DNA from: Eledone cirrhosa
Lineage: Eukaryota
Length of the DNA stretch: 64,000 bases
Assembly: GCA_964016885.1 (NCBI GenBank)
Contig: OZ024740.1
Span: 188,728,001-188,792,000 of the forward strand
Direction of reading: 5' to 3'
Part shown: positions 12,071-26,794 of the stretch, in pieces
Numbering within the stretch: position 1 is the first letter of the stretch
Layout of the letters: each line of letters begins with the position of its first letter
Program-made: the position numbers and the translations under genes
The notes under the pieces: generated by a model
Seen by the model: only the letters and a program-made list of their open reading frames with translations
Told to the model about the DNA's origin: nothing
Databases searched by the model: none

Positions 12071-14907
12071 TCGACTTTTAGTAAGGACTGAGTAATTATG
12101 ATGTTGAATGCATAACTGAGTTGATTCCCACATTTTATTCAGGGAGTGTTAAAACTTTTTAAAACATTTTTTTTTGTGTTTGTGTTATTTCTAAGGGAAA
12201 TGTCAGTCTTCTACTTGGGAAATATATTTGTCTGTTTGTCTGTCTGCCAAGAAAAGAATTTATAACAAGAGCATATTACAAAGGCCTACATTCACACTAT
12301 GTTCAATCTATGTCAGCAAATAAGAGTAGATGTTTTAAAAATGATTTTTATTTTCACATTTATTTGGATAAAATGAATAATGTCGTTGAATTATTCAAAT
12401 GATTGTGTTTATATGTTAATTGTTTTCCATTGACTGTTTTAGTGTATTTCTCTTTCTTCATATTTCTCTTCTTAAGAAGTAGGAAACAATAAACACATCA
12501 TTATAACCTGAATTGAATTAGAGAAAGGAATGGCTTTAATTTGACAGTTTATTGATAATGCATCATTCTTAATAGGTTTGAACTTAGAAAACTTCCAATA
12601 GATTATTATGAACAAAATTCAGCACACTATAGGTAAAAATTATGAGTATATAAATATGCATATAAATTGTATTTGTTCATAAATTTTATATCCACAATTC
12701 CAAGCTGTTAGGCAGGACCATCTGAGACTTATTTTATGAGAAACTCCCTTTCATTTCCTCCACCCGTTTTTAGTTGTTGGATATGATGTATTTATTCTAA
12801 AAAGTGGGATACACAAATGTGAAAAAAGATATGTTGTTACTCCCTTTTGATGTTCAGCATTTATAGTTGTCATAAGAGTAAATATGTATATCGATAATTA
12901 ATTTTGCTTCCATTGCTGATAAATACTGCTAAAGGATACAAAATCAGAAGATACAAAGCTATAATGTCTTTCTATTGTTTCTATCAAATAATGTTAATAG
13001 GTGTTTTGATATCCAGATAGTTAAGTGCCCAATATTCATAACAATTCTGCAACAAAATAATTGCAGATGAAGTGGGTATTTATTTTAGATATTATTTCTA
13101 ATTTTCTTATACATGACACAGCTTTTGTTTAAATTTCCCTTAAAATGAAACAAATGACAATTTCAGAAAATAGTCTCTTTAGGAAAAAATCTTGGACAAT
13201 GAAAATATTGATTTCTGCCATTCTTGTATTCAAATAGAAGTCAATTTGAATGCAATTTATATGAAGACATAATATTAGAACGTTTTTTTATTTATTATTT
13301 ATGACTGAACTTCGATTTATTTTCTTATTTACTATGGTAAGCATAATTATCATCATCAGCTCTTCAGACACTACCATTGTTACAATAATGAAAATTCATT
13401 ATTTGATTTTTCATCTCCATCATCAGCATCATTAGAATCGTCATAGTTTCCATTATTATTAACTTCACAATTTCTTTAACGAATATTATATATATATGTA
13501 TAGACCTAGATATTGTTAGTAGGATGCGATTGTATGCTTTTTTGCTAAAATGAATTACTGACATTTTCAAATAATACAGTTGACTTTTTAAGTAAGTGAC
13601 ACTTAAATATTTACTCAGAAAACCAGAACAGATTCTAAAAGAAAATAATTTAAAAGCAAAAAAGGTTAGGAAAATATTAAACTTGTTTATGATTGAATAT
13701 TAAACAGCTTATATAAATGAAAGCAATTTAATTGCTTAGAAGATCTCTTATATTTCGAAACTGGGAGGAATATGCTTAGAAATCTTAACATATACATTAC
13801 TATCAGAGTATTTTGTATCCTAATTTTCTTTTTTACTTCATTATAGTAAGTGTTACAATCATAACACCCTTTATTAGTCCAGCCTTCAGTGTACTTGAAT
13901 TCTATATATCAGTATTTTCCATTAAGTGAAAGATATGTAATATTTTGAAGGTATTTCACAAACTTAGATATTTACTGCCAAGTGGTATAGAATTTATATT
14001 CCCATTTCCATGGCTATTAGTTAGCCTATCTTGACAGTAAATTGATAATTGAATGCACCATGTCCCTAATATTTTCCTTATTGGGTAAGTTGACTGATCT
14101 TCCAACCATTTGTATTGTTATTGTATATTTGATTCTTAATATTTTCTTCAGCACGCAGTAGTTGTATAAGCAAATATCATATATATAGATGATGATTTTC
14201 ATCTCTTACTACATACAGATCTATATACAAGTAGGTAATCACTAAATATACATGAGGTTATTTTAGGAACACAATCAATTAATCATGTAGATTAATTTTT
14301 CATTTTTCTGAGTATTTGCAATTTGTTGTGCTGTCATGAGAGCAACAACATTATGATAGCCTTTACTTGCTTTTAAATAGTATCATTTGATAGAACACAG
14401 TAATACTAATTCCTTTCAATCCAATCCAGAGTCTTCTCACTCTTGTTGTAGGAACCCCTTTCTGTGACCTCCAATGCTTTCTATTTGGTGTTTTTGTAGT
14501 TATACTGATCACAATTAGTCAATTTCAGGTTGGTGAGGCTACTTAACGCATAGTTAAGGTGGGTGGCCATTGGCTTTTAACAGCTTGTGTTTTTGTGCTT
14601 CTGGGGTGTCAACTTACGCCCCTCCGCAGACTCTAGTCTGATGAAGGAGCTAGTTTAGTTGGTAACCATTCAACCATGAAGCCAATTGTATTGGACTATA
14701 TGGAACTATTAGCAGACAGGAATCTGACCTTACCATACTTAGTAAACATTATAATGTACTATTGCTATAAAATATTGTAACAGTATATTCTATAGTAGAA
14801 CGTTCTTATGTTGTATTAATGACCTATATATGAACCATATGTTTAGATTTAACAGTGTATTATCATTTATCTAAGGCAGGTTTTGCTTGGACTTTAAATG
14901 CTATATA

Positions 14908-15704
14908 CAGTCAAGTCCGCTTGGGAATGGAAAATAGTATACTCTTAACAGAACTATACTCTTATCCGGACCAAGTGAAAATATTCCATAGTATTATTAT
15001 TTTGAGTCTTTCAATGATTAATAATCACTTTATTATCGTTTAAAGTGCATTTATAAATAAAAAAAATGAAAGTTACACCAAAAAATTCAACAAGAATTAT
15101 TGCAAATTATAGATAAATTAAGCAATATTTCAACATATTGGTATGCAATTTTTATTTCCTAAAAATAGTCCAAAATGCTTTTTTGCACTCGATTGCTCGC
15201 AATTTTTTTTCAATCAATTCCTACAATCTCAGACGGAGTATAATTTTCAAAATTTTCAAACGATTGCATCATATAGGACCGTACAGTCAAGCAAGCATTT
15301 ATTCCTTCTTTTCCAGAGATCTAAAATATTGATAAATGATTAAAGTTATGTTAGGTACCTATGCACATTCATATTATAAATATAAAAATAATACATACTA
15401 ACCTTTGAGTAATGGATAAAGCAGAGCGTTTCAAAGACATTTTTATGACACAATGACTTATTATTTTTGTATTTGCATATATTAAACTTTAAATTGCTTT
15501 TAGAATGGCTGTATAAATGACATCATCGCATTACATTTTGAATTGTTTTAAAATGGTTATGTTACATTATAAGCCCAATTTACTTTACCGTATTCTTATT
15601 TGGACTAAATTATATAGAAAATATATAAACGGGAATTGATTATGCTATACTCTTATGTGAACTATACTCTTATCCGATATACTCTTAAGCGGACCCATGC
15701 TTTG
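14908..15704 (-). mobile_element. pogo/Tigger-type DNA transposon relic (internally deleted)
   Basis: TA-CAGTCAAGTCCGCTT left end, AAGCGGAC...TG-TA right end; subterminal ACTATACTCTTATCCG at both ends; minus strand encodes KEGINACLTVRSYMMQ...(frameshift)...VQKSILDYF-stop, like the C-terminal PIP box of pogo transposases. Confidence 0.6.
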
Positions 15705-16011
15705 TACTTGTTTGGCAAATTAAGAGAATTTCAAAAGTTAGTTTTTTATTTCATCCTAATATTTGTGGTATATTGATTCTTTAAAATATTGATATGCCGG
15801 TTAATACCTACATTAAGGTATGTGTCTGAAATTCATAGCGATATGATGATACTGATGGAATATTGTTAATGCTTAATAAAACAAATTGAATGATATATAT
15901 TGTAAATATATATAAGTGTTTTGAAGACAAGTTTACATTCTAATCAATAAGTTATTGATTAGAGCTGTAGGAAGGATATACCTTTATTAACTAGTTAATA
16001 TAAGTGAATCT

Positions 16012-16170
16012 GAGTTTACTTGTGTGGTTAAGAAGTGAAAACTGCAAATGGGTATTAACAGATTAAATTCACTGTACACCTCAATGGATATGTGTCTTCT
16101 ACCAAAGTCCTATGTTGAGTAATGCATTTTGAGCAAAATGTGATGATCAACATTGTACAAGAGCCTATCA
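16012..16170 (+). mobile_element. Old tRNA SINE (family C), degenerate
   Basis: TGTGTGGTTAAGAAG...TGTGTCTTCTAC...GAGCC pattern, reverse-complement relative of 52771-52935 and 54111-54274. Confidence 0.4.
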
Positions 16171-17839
16171 CACACACATACGCATACATATGTATAAATG
16201 ATGGGTTCGTAGATGTACATAAAATATATTAATATATATTACTATATTATAATTTCATATAAGACAGAAAGGAATATATTGTTATATAAGCTATCATGAC
16301 TGTACCTCAGTGCAGCTGTCCAAGCTTCAATATACAATCTCAAATCAAATTCCTTCCCCCAATAAAGTTTAGCAGCTTAACATTTGTATAATGTGTAGTT
16401 ATGTTTTTAATATATTCCATGCAGATGGTCATTATTCTGCTTTTTTGAGGGACAGAAGTATATTTATGTAGAATTAACCTTTATCACCATATTTTTATTG
16501 AAAGACTACCTTGGATTTTCAAATACTTTTAAATACTATCAAGAATTTGAAGGACCATAACTTAGCAAAGGCTCTTACATAAAATTATGATGGGGGGCTT
16601 TTAGATGAAGATGAAAACGTTAAAGTATACAGCTTTTTATCATATAATCAGAACCAGTTTTATGTAGCTTGTTAAAGAGAATTTCAGTTTGATTTATCAT
16701 CGTCATCATCATTTAACGTCCATGTTCCACGCTGGTATAATTATGAATATACAATGAATAAATACAGTGTTGATTAACTTTAAATCTGTATCTGTGTATT
16801 TGTCAATTCTAATTAAGCAGTTGTGCCTGGAATATATAGGTACTGTAACTAAAAGCATGGTTAAGATTATTTGTTTGGGTTCATGTTACATGAAAATCAG
16901 CAGCAGTGCTCGAATTTAAAAATTCGATTTGTTGATTAAAGGTTCTGTGGTTTATAATCAACAACTTGCAGTGTGCTGTGTCCATGGCAATTTAAGTTTC
17001 AATGTCCTTAACTACCTAACTACCGATTTCTCCTGGAAGGAAAATATTTCCCAATTGTTTAATAATGTGAAAGTCAAAATATCATTCTATAATATCAATT
17101 ATGAAAAGCTGCATATGTTGCATCCTAAAATACATGGATAAAACTTTTAATCGTGTTAGATTCAAAGAACTGCACTGTAAAATATTTCTGAGCCTCTCCA
17201 ACCCTATCAATACTCTGAACATTCTCAATTCTGTGTGTAGATTGTATTTTAAAAAAAAAAAAAGAATAATCATTATATTGTATGTTTTGCACACAATACT
17301 TAGTTGAAATAATTAATGTCATTGATATGCCAGACACATTGTTAAGCAGGTTCTTTGTTGTGAATCAGAAAAAATAAATCTTATTGTAAAACATGTTTTT
17401 GAAGAATATACAAACATCCTACGTTGCTGATCTAACACATCTATGACAAATTTAAATGTTAAAAAATATGTCAAAAGAAAATCTCTACAAATCCAAATAT
17501 GACAAAGATGCTTTCGTTAATTCTATTCCATCTTGAAAAATCAAAAGTAAAAAGAAAGTGCAAAAAGTTATGTAAACAACTTGGGAGTTTTTTATGTTTT
17601 CTTTTCTTCTTTTTTCTTTTTTTCTTTTAATCTTTTTCGAGAAGTACTTCTTTGAATTGATGAGTTATTATTGTTGCAAATTTAATTCTTGGGGACATGA
17701 GATTATTTCCTTTCGTATGATTTTCTTTTTCATTAATTTCATTTATATGCTCATTTAGTTTAAAACAATCTTTTAGATATTTTAGTCTCTATTCATTAAA
17801 CAACAGGCAGTTGATTATTTATCTTAACCATATTGCCAT

Positions 17840-17963
17840 ACATGTATGTTATCATTGTATATCAATGCCCATGGCTAAACATGTTTGTTATCATTGTATA
17901 TCAAAGCCCATGGCTATATTGTCAAACATGTATGTTATCATTGCATGTCAGTGCCTATGGTTA
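17840..17963. repeat. Minisatellite, three ~40-bp units
   Basis: ACATGT(A/T)TGTTATCATTG(T/C)AT(A/G)TCA..GCC(C/T)ATGG(C/T)TA three times. Confidence 0.8.
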
Positions 17964-18002
17964 TATTATACCTGTTTCTTATCATTCTAAGCAGTTTGAT
18001 AT

Positions 18003-18122
18003 TGTACTTTATTTTATTAACCCCATAAGGATGATAAGCAAAGCTAACCTTGGTGGGATTTGAAACACAAATTTAAAGGACATAACTATATGCTGCAAAT
18101 CATGTTGTCCGATGTTCTACGG
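18003..18122 (-). mobile_element. SINE family A, degenerate partial copy
   Basis: TACTTTATTTTATTAACCCCATAAGGATGATAAGCAAAGCTAACCTTGGTGGGATTTGAA matches the core and B box. Confidence 0.65.
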
Positions 18123-20504
18123 ATAATTACTTATATTTTTAGGCAACTAACATTTTGGTTGCAGAATTATTTTTGTACACACAATCATTTATTTTGTGTA
18201 CAATCCCTACCTCACCATAGACCTTTGGGAGAACTGTGATGAGATATTGACATATGTATATCAAGAGCTTTGGAGATCGTCTCTAATTTTCAAAGCTTTT
18301 AATTTTGCTTTTCTTCAAGCTTTAATTTATATGTATTGTCAGAACCTTAACTATAGTCAATATATTTTCTCTATTTTTTGTGTGTTTTGTTTGTTGTCAA
18401 ATGTTCTCAGGGAAAGTAATGGATACCTAGATAACCCATGATTTCCACAAAATAGAATATATATCATTATCATTAAACAATAATGAGAAGATTTTACAAA
18501 ATATTTCTTATTATAAAATGATATATAATGTGTACATATCATTTTGTAGTTGGCACTCATGTATAGCTTAGTTTTCATTTTTTATTAAATAAATATGATT
18601 AATAACCAGTATTATTAATAGAAATTTAGATAGAATTAGTTTGGGTTTTGAATTGACTTTTATGTTTCTTCATTAACATATTACTCTTTTTATTTATTAT
18701 TTCATAGTTGTGCACCAGGAAAATGTAAATTGTAAATAGTTTGATTTAACAAATCATTATCATTATAATAAGACTTCTAATTTAAAGTTTATTGTCAGTA
18801 GGGCATGAGTAAAATTGAACTACTCTTGAAAAAGATTGTTATGAATATTGGCAAGTAATTTATTAAAAATCACAAAAGAAAAATGTATCAAGTTTTCTCA
18901 CTCAAACCATCTAGTTCAATCTTAAAAAGAGAAAAAATTATCGATTCTTGAAAAACTAAGAATTATTATGAAGGAATGGGGAAAATACCTCTTTTGAGCA
19001 TTAAAAAGTGTTTTTCATTATATTTTCTATTTTTATCATTAAACATTTCAAGTGCCTTTTAGAAATAGCTTCTTTTCATACTTTTTACACAATTTAAGAA
19101 AGAAATATATTTACTATTGAATATTTATTTTAGTTAAAAAATGAAATGATTGGAATAAAATAAATAATGAAATTTGCAATTATATGACAATTTTTATTTT
19201 ACAAAATAAACTTTTTATTTGCATGTACAAGAATAGTTTTAAAATGGCAAGTGAGTATATTGTAAAGACAAAATAAATCTGACATTTAAAAAATATACTG
19301 CAATTGAAATGCTTTCAGAATATTAAAATAGGGTTTATTTTATACTTCCAATATGATACCTTTATGAAATAATAAATAAATAGATATTTCATTCAATGGC
19401 AAAGTACAGGGATGGTAGTACACACTACATTAAGAATAGTTCAATTATACATGCTGGAAGCATCATATTTTATCATCATATATTCAGCTCTACGTTTTCA
19501 TAGATTGTAGCTAAATTACATTCACATTCACACAATGGTATTGTGAAGGAAATACACTAGTACCTAAGCTTCCTTGAATATCCATGGCAACCCTCTGAGA
19601 CTTATACTATAGGTTGAATGCAATTTTTCTTACTTGAAATAAAATTATTTAATCCACTTGTTAGGATTGATATTAAATTTATCATTCATCTGAAGGAAAG
19701 TTTTGGCAACTAAAAGTTTCAGATGAGACAAAAAAATATTTCTCTTTAGTGATTTAACAAAATAATACACTGTTTAACTATAAAATTCATACATTAAAGT
19801 CCAGATTGAAAACGTTTGTTTTCTTGTAAGAAGTAAAGTTTTGTAAAATGATAATAGAAAAGTTTTTTTCATTTTGTGCTTGAAGGTTTTATGAATTTCC
19901 TTTATATCTACTTTGAAAGAGCTTGGGAATTTTCCAAGGTCTCTTGCTCTCCAACAGCATTTTTCTGATTCATTGAGAAATGTGTGAATTTAATGTGCTG
20001 TAAAATTTCTCAGTATATTTACAAATGTCCATGAATATAAAACTCTATCTTTGAATCACTTCTTCTCAGATATCAGTTTATCATTTATCTCACTGTTTTG
20101 TTTTCTAATTGTATATTAGTTCTATTAAATGTGACCTAGTAAATATGTAGTCAGTGCCGATAAATTGTTGACGAGGTTCATGTGAGACCCCATTCACATG
20201 TCTGAAACAGTGCTACAGATTGTCAACCATACAAGATCTGACTAAAAATAACATCCACTCACCAAAATGACCATCAGATGATATAAATAATAGGGTGATG
20301 GATTCAAGACATATCTATTATATGTAATAGAATAAGATTATTGTATTGCAATGTATATCTGTATGTTACTACATACCATATTTTATGAATTCTTGGATAG
20401 CTCAGAGTTGGATTGTATTTTCTACTATCTTTTGTTTGCAAAACATGCTCAGAATGCAGAAAAGCACATACCCAAAAACATAAACACTCACATATGTATG
20501 TATG

Positions 20505-21235
20505 ATCATCATCATCATCACCGTTTTACATCTGTTATTCCACGCTAGCATGGGTTAGACGGGTTGTCCTGTTGTGGGCAGTGTCTGGTCAGCTGACCTT
20601 GTCTTGCTCATATGGCAACTGGTTCTGGATCGATTTCTATGGCTGGATGCCCTTCCTAACACCAACCACATTTACAGTGAGTGCTAGGTGCTTTTTTTTC
20701 CGTGGCGCCTACACGTCCACTTTACAGTGAGTGCTGGGTGCTTTTTTGCCGTGGCACCTCCACGACCACTTTGCAGTGGAATGATAGGGAGCTCAGTCCT
20801 ATCATCTCATTTCTACAGCTGAGTTAACTGGAGCAATGTGACAAAGTGTCTTTGTTGTATTCCTCTCGGTACTCGCAGAGAAAACACAACGAGTTATATA
20901 AAATAATTTGTGTATTGTACGAAACAACCAAAACGCCCCCTCCTCAAAGTAGCAGAATAACATAAAGTAAGTGACAGCAGCAGTCTGTGACCGAGTTTTT
21001 AATACCAACGCTGACTGACTGCCCAGGTCACGTGATTCATATGCAAATGTGTGAGCACGTGTAAATTGAATAAAACGAATTCAACAGTCCATACAACAAT
21101 GAGGTTGTGAGTTCGATTCCCAGTCCATACAACAGTCTTGCTCAAGGAAATAACACATCACCCGGTCCGAGAATTGAACTCACGACCTTTCGATTGGAAG
21201 CCCAATGCTCTAACCACTAAGGCATGCGCCTTCAC
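20505..21235 (-). mobile_element. CORE-type SINE family B with RTE tail, interrupted by a solo LTR
   Basis: Head 21135-21235 and body 20505-20852 align with 1879-2215; tail nearly identical to the LINE 3' end 37549-37823, including a ~50-bp tandem repeat. Confidence 0.85.
20853..21134. mobile_element. Solo LTR (TG...CA), 282 bp
   Basis: Ends TGTTGTAT...ATACAACA with 5-bp TSD GTCTT (20848-20852, 21135-21139); contains two CACGTG, ATGCAAAT and TATA/AATAAA-like signals. Confidence 0.75.
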
Positions 21236-22689
21236 ATGTATATATATATATATTTTTTTTTTTCAAGTGCTGTTATTCAATTGATCAACAAGTAAACATT
21301 ATTTTAACTTAACTGTTATATCACCATATGTAGAATTGCAAGCAAAGCTGGTTAAACATATAAGATATTCTATTGAAATAGGAATTCTGGCATGTTTGCA
21401 ATTGCATTATTATTGTCATTTATAAACTTCAAATTCATCATAAATACTATCTACATTGAAGGTTTATAGCATGGGGTCTGCTCTCATATTTTCGTTTTAT
21501 ATTTTATATATTCTTTTATTATTTTAACTTTTTTCATTCATTGGACTGCATCTATGCTGGGTTATTACCTTATAATCTGTTGTTGATTACATTAACTCCA
21601 GTACTTAGTATCACTATTGGTAGATATTGTATTAACATCAGAAGAATGGAAGGCAAAGTAGAATTTGAATGTTTAAAAGTGGTGTTGAAATTTGCCATTA
21701 GCTAAATATATCTATATGAGAAATGAAAAAAATGGAATTGATGAGCTCAAAGTTCATATTCCAAACACGTCTCTAAAAAAGAAAAAATATATCAAATTGT
21801 GCTTGATGCAGGATATTGAAAGATAACACATTTGTGTGAGTGCGTGTGTGTGGTGGGGATGAAAAAAGAAACATACTGGATTTTGTTTAGTGTACCAGAG
21901 TAGCATGATGACTGAAATGGCCGTATAAAAAAAAAAATTTATTAATAAGAATTTTACTTTGGTTTCGTGGTAGAGAAAGCATATGTTGGAATATTTAGCC
22001 AAGCAAAACTTTAATGATTGAATATATCTAATTAACCTCACTGTAAAGATACAGTTTGGAGTGAGATATGCATTGAAATATTATAATGGAAACTTATTCC
22101 CCTATCATAATAATAATTATCGTATTATTAATGAAAGGAATATCTAAAGTGAATATTTTTGAAATGAATATTTTTCTATATCAATGCTTCTTATCATTGA
22201 CATTTTACGTATGACAATTTTCTTTATCATCTGGTCCTTTTTGATTTGAAATGAAAGAAATATACAAGAGTTTTACTGATACGATTGAGTCTATTACATA
22301 GCTGAATATGATTAATGGAAAACTATTTATTACATATCAAAAGTTCATTGATTGAAGGAAGGATAACAGGCAAGACGACTTGCTATGTATTTATCAGTAA
22401 CTGTAACATGACAGTTAACGTTCTAGGCTACATAAAACATTGATAAACACTCTGACGAAATAAAAATCCAAACTAGAAATAAATTTAAGAACTGTGTAAA
22501 GATAAAGAGAAATATTTGTAAATTGTCTCCTTCTTGAATTAAAACTAATATATTAATTGTTTTGGAAAATCAAATTATTTATCTTAGAAAACCTGAAAAG
22601 GCCAGAGACCATACAGATGGGTATGATTTGTTTGTTTTGCAAGATGAAGTTTATGGATATATTAGATTTAGGCAAGTTCAAGAAAGAAG

Positions 22690-22935
22690 ATCGTTATCAA
22701 AGACATCTAATATTGCATGGAAAAGATTGGCATGATTGTGTGGGCGAAAATGAATGATAGAAACTTAGTGAAGTGTCTTCATGGAATCTTACTGTAAGTT
22801 AGTCAGAATGGAATCATGCCAAAACAATCTGTAGAATTGAGATAATCCAAACTTTTCTATAATGAAGCTTACAAAAGAAATAATGAAGAATATGGAGAAA
22901 TGGAGGGAATCAATATTACTGACCTGTTTGGTAAT
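22690..22935 (+). mobile_element. Ancient RTE LINE ORF2 C-terminal fragment
   Basis: Reads KLTKEIMKNMEKWRESILLTCL, similar to KLTVEMTKNRDKWRDAVLNRTC of the RTE at 47874. Confidence 0.4.
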
Positions 22936-23963
22936 CTGCAAATACCTTATGAAAATGAAAATACATATAATAATAGTGATTCTGTTTATAGTTGACAGTG
23001 GACACGGCAATGATTATAAAAAATAATTGCCATTGTTGATATTATTGACAAATGCATTAAAAAGAATAAAATTCCATTTTATAATGATGTTTATTTTTTT
23101 TATTTAGTGTTTTCATTGTATTTAGTACACTCTCCTCTTTAGTAGTAATTCATTACGATTCTAAGTTATTCTAAGATCCATAAACCTTAAATCTATTAAC
23201 TCAAGGCTATCAGTCAGCTTTAAGTGAATTAAATTATTTTTCTCATTTCATGGCTAGAATTGATAATTTGATAAGCGTTCATGGCCACAATTGATAATTT
23301 GATAACGTACAGATTAGCATTTCAATCCTTTCCCCTGCATCCTGTAAATTTTAAAATCAGAGAAGACAGGTTTCCTTTTAGATTTATTGCTGATTAATAT
23401 CTTGTTTAATGATACTTCAAGTTTAATTATTTCTGTCTTTTTCACGTGATATTAACAAAAGACAATATTTAGCTACGGTTGGATGCATTATAATTTCTCT
23501 ATTGTTTGTACTTATATTCATGATGAATCTCTGAGGCAGGGATGCACTACATTTTGTAAAATCTCTCTCCCATATTCATAATGATTTTAAAAATACAAAA
23601 CATGAAACATGTCCAAGGTCAAAACTTATTCTTTTACCCAAATGATATACATGCAAACACTTAAAGTCCCATGTAAAATGAAAGGAAAAGATTTCCATCA
23701 ATAAAGCTTTCTCTGAAGCTGTGTTAAAGATGTCTGCTCACTGCAAGCAACAACAACAATAATAATTGATTCTGTTATAGGGGCGTGGCCTGTAATTTGG
23801 GGATAAATATTAGTTGATTCGATTAACTCCAGTATTGTACAGGTACCTTATTTGATTGATCTAAGTAAGATTTGAACTTGGAATCTTAAGTGCTTGGACA
23901 AATAATAGCTCAAGGCATTTTATTTAATGCTGTAATGATTCTGCTAATTCGCCTCCAATAATA

Positions 23964-24150
23964 ATAATTGTTTCTACTTTTGGGACAAGGCCAGCAAATA
24001 CCCAGTGCATTACTGGTACTTTATTTTATCGACCCCGTAAGGATGAAAGGCAAAGTTAACTTCGGCAGGATTTGAACTCAGAATGGCAAGGGCCGTAACA
24101 CAATGCATCAAAGCATGGCATCCGACCCTCTACCGATACTGCCAATCCAC
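23964..24150 (-). mobile_element. SINE family A, near full-length
   Basis: Consensus match, inserted in an AAT run among older degenerate relatives (23760-23955, 24230-24340). Confidence 0.88.
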
Positions 24151-26794
24151 ATGGTCTTTAATTTAGGCTGAAAGTCATCAATTTAGTAGGAGGGGGAAAG
24201 GCAATTAAATTGATGCTAGTACTTAACATACTTTATTTTATCAACCTTGGAAGGCTGAAAACGCAAAGGTGGCTTCAGCTTGATTTGAACTCAGGACCAC
24301 TATAAATAAATACTGCTATGCATTTTTTATGATACGGAAATGATTTTATTAATAGCTTTAAAGTATTGGAAATATTTAAATATATAAAAAGAAGTTACTT
24401 TTGAAGACTTTAGTATGATTTGCTAGCTACAGCATTTATAACAATTTGTATATAATCATTTCGTTTAATATGGTTTTCTATAAGTATGTATGCCATGGCT
24501 GTTTTGATATTGGATGTTGACCAAATTTAAGGCAACATTAACTTTTTCTATTTCTTCCTACTTTCAGTCTCTTTGAGCTTTTATTTTGTTAAGTTATTTG
24601 GAATTCTACCAGAAATCCTAATTACACTAGGCACTCTTGTTATTCTCTTGTAACACATAATTTGTTTCCTTGGTTTTATGCTGCATTTTCCCCACTTAAT
24701 TTGAATTTAAGTGATATAAAATCTTATTAGGAACCTTAATTAGACTGTTTTATTGTTCAGTCTTTCGTTTAGGAACTCATTTATTTTTATGAGAACAATT
24801 TTGATCTAAAGACAGAAGAAAATTTTACTTAAGCATGTAAATTGAATATACTTCATTGGTTTATTATAAAATGATTTTAAAAAATCATATATATGAATTT
24901 GTATATTTATATGAATTTATCAGTCACACAATATAACTATTTGGTTATTATGTAGTTATAGTTATAATGCATATTAACTAAATGGTAGGTTGTTTGCCAG
25001 ATGGTAATGAATACCTTATTGAATACACTTAAGTGTTCCTTAGCAAAATATTCATAGTAACAATTTAAATATCAGTCACAATTCATATTATACTAGTTAC
25101 TCTTATAACCTTGACCAATCTATAATTCCTCAATATGTGATTATATTAAGTGTCGAGATTGGAGATACAATATGTTGTAAAAGATCTACGAAATATAAAC
25201 AAAATCATTGAGAACATGGAGATAATAAAGTGGTGTCATGTTCCAAACCACATTGAACATAAAACTATATATTTTCAATCATCCTCAATTTGCCATATTT
25301 TAGATAGCAGAAATTGTCAGAAACACCTTGAATATAATCCCTGTGGAAGAGATTGTCCTTAGAACTCCTCTAAAACAAGAGTGATACAAACATTTTTATA
25401 AACATTTCTTGAAGCAAGCCTCATCTAATTTCAACAGTCCAGTCTTTCCGTTTTATATTTCTTACTGTAGATGAAATATCAAAATGTCATTGCTTCTCAT
25501 TATCTTTAACATAAAACACACTCTTACACAAGCTCAAACACACATTCATACAAACACACATTCATACACACACACACACAAACAGACACACACTCAGACA
25601 CATATTCACTCACTCACACACATGGAATTTGATACATATTCATCCCATCATGAGTGACTATAACTCTAAATAATAATTGATAAGATATAATGGAATACCT
25701 TTTGAGATGGAAAAGATTTACATATATATTATTCTCATCATTTAACGTCCATTTTTCTCTCCTAGAAAAAGATGGACAGGTTGTCACAACAAAACTATTA
25801 CTTAATCAGAGCTATTGCTCTCCCCAACTAGCAAGATTCCTGCTTCTTACATACATCCCACACTTTGTGGAGTGCACTGTGTGCATTTTGCTTTGTAAAA
25901 GAGCATGAGGGAGGTTGTCATATCTTCAAAATTGTCAGATACCCTTCCTATCATATGAATACCACTAATACTAAGTGATAGACCAAATTGCATAAATAGC
26001 ACACTCTTGGCAGGTAGATTGATAAACAAATTACTGGTGGATAATGTATTTTGTTTCACTGTTATAATGTACTACAGAATATATCTTAACTTTATATACT
26101 AGTATGGATTTATAATGAGGGTACTTGATCAGTGATGAAATCTCAACACAGGATTGAAACAAGTCTGGCTAGTCACTGTTTTCTATCTACAGATATATTG
26201 ATACAAGTATAAGTTTTGTTTATATCTGTTTTATATACAGTGTTGACTAAAACCTATAAGTATATTCTGTAGTGCAATATAACATTGACACATACTCGTT
26301 AATGAATAAATAACTCATTAATTGAATATACAAAACAACGGACGTTTCCAGAATATATAGATATATGTTTGGTATTATAATTTTCATTGATTTAATTTCT
26401 AAAGTCAGTTTTTATATACAATAAAGATTATATTTACTTTCACTATAGTTGTTTTTTTTACATGATATTTTGAAAGAAATGAATGTAATAATTATTTTCT
26501 TGGTATATCTCTTGAAAGTGTTTGAACTTTGAAATGGCTTCGTACATGAGGTTGAGAAGATCAAATTGGTATTTGGTAAGATAGCCATCCATGTCTAAAT
26601 GGGATAATTATGATCTGCATATGGTTTCAGAGATAAAGCCTGAAGACAATTAACACTTTATTTGGTATAATGCCCATTTGAATTAATAACACATTATACA
26701 AGTAATGATTATGGAAATTTGAAAGCTAAATATGACTGTAACATCAAGTATAACTTATATTAAATGTATATTAATCAAATTCATTCACTTTCAG

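Noticed and set aside
23260-23308. Two ~30-bp direct repeats (similarly 45373-45401)
   Set aside because: Ordinary slippage duplications
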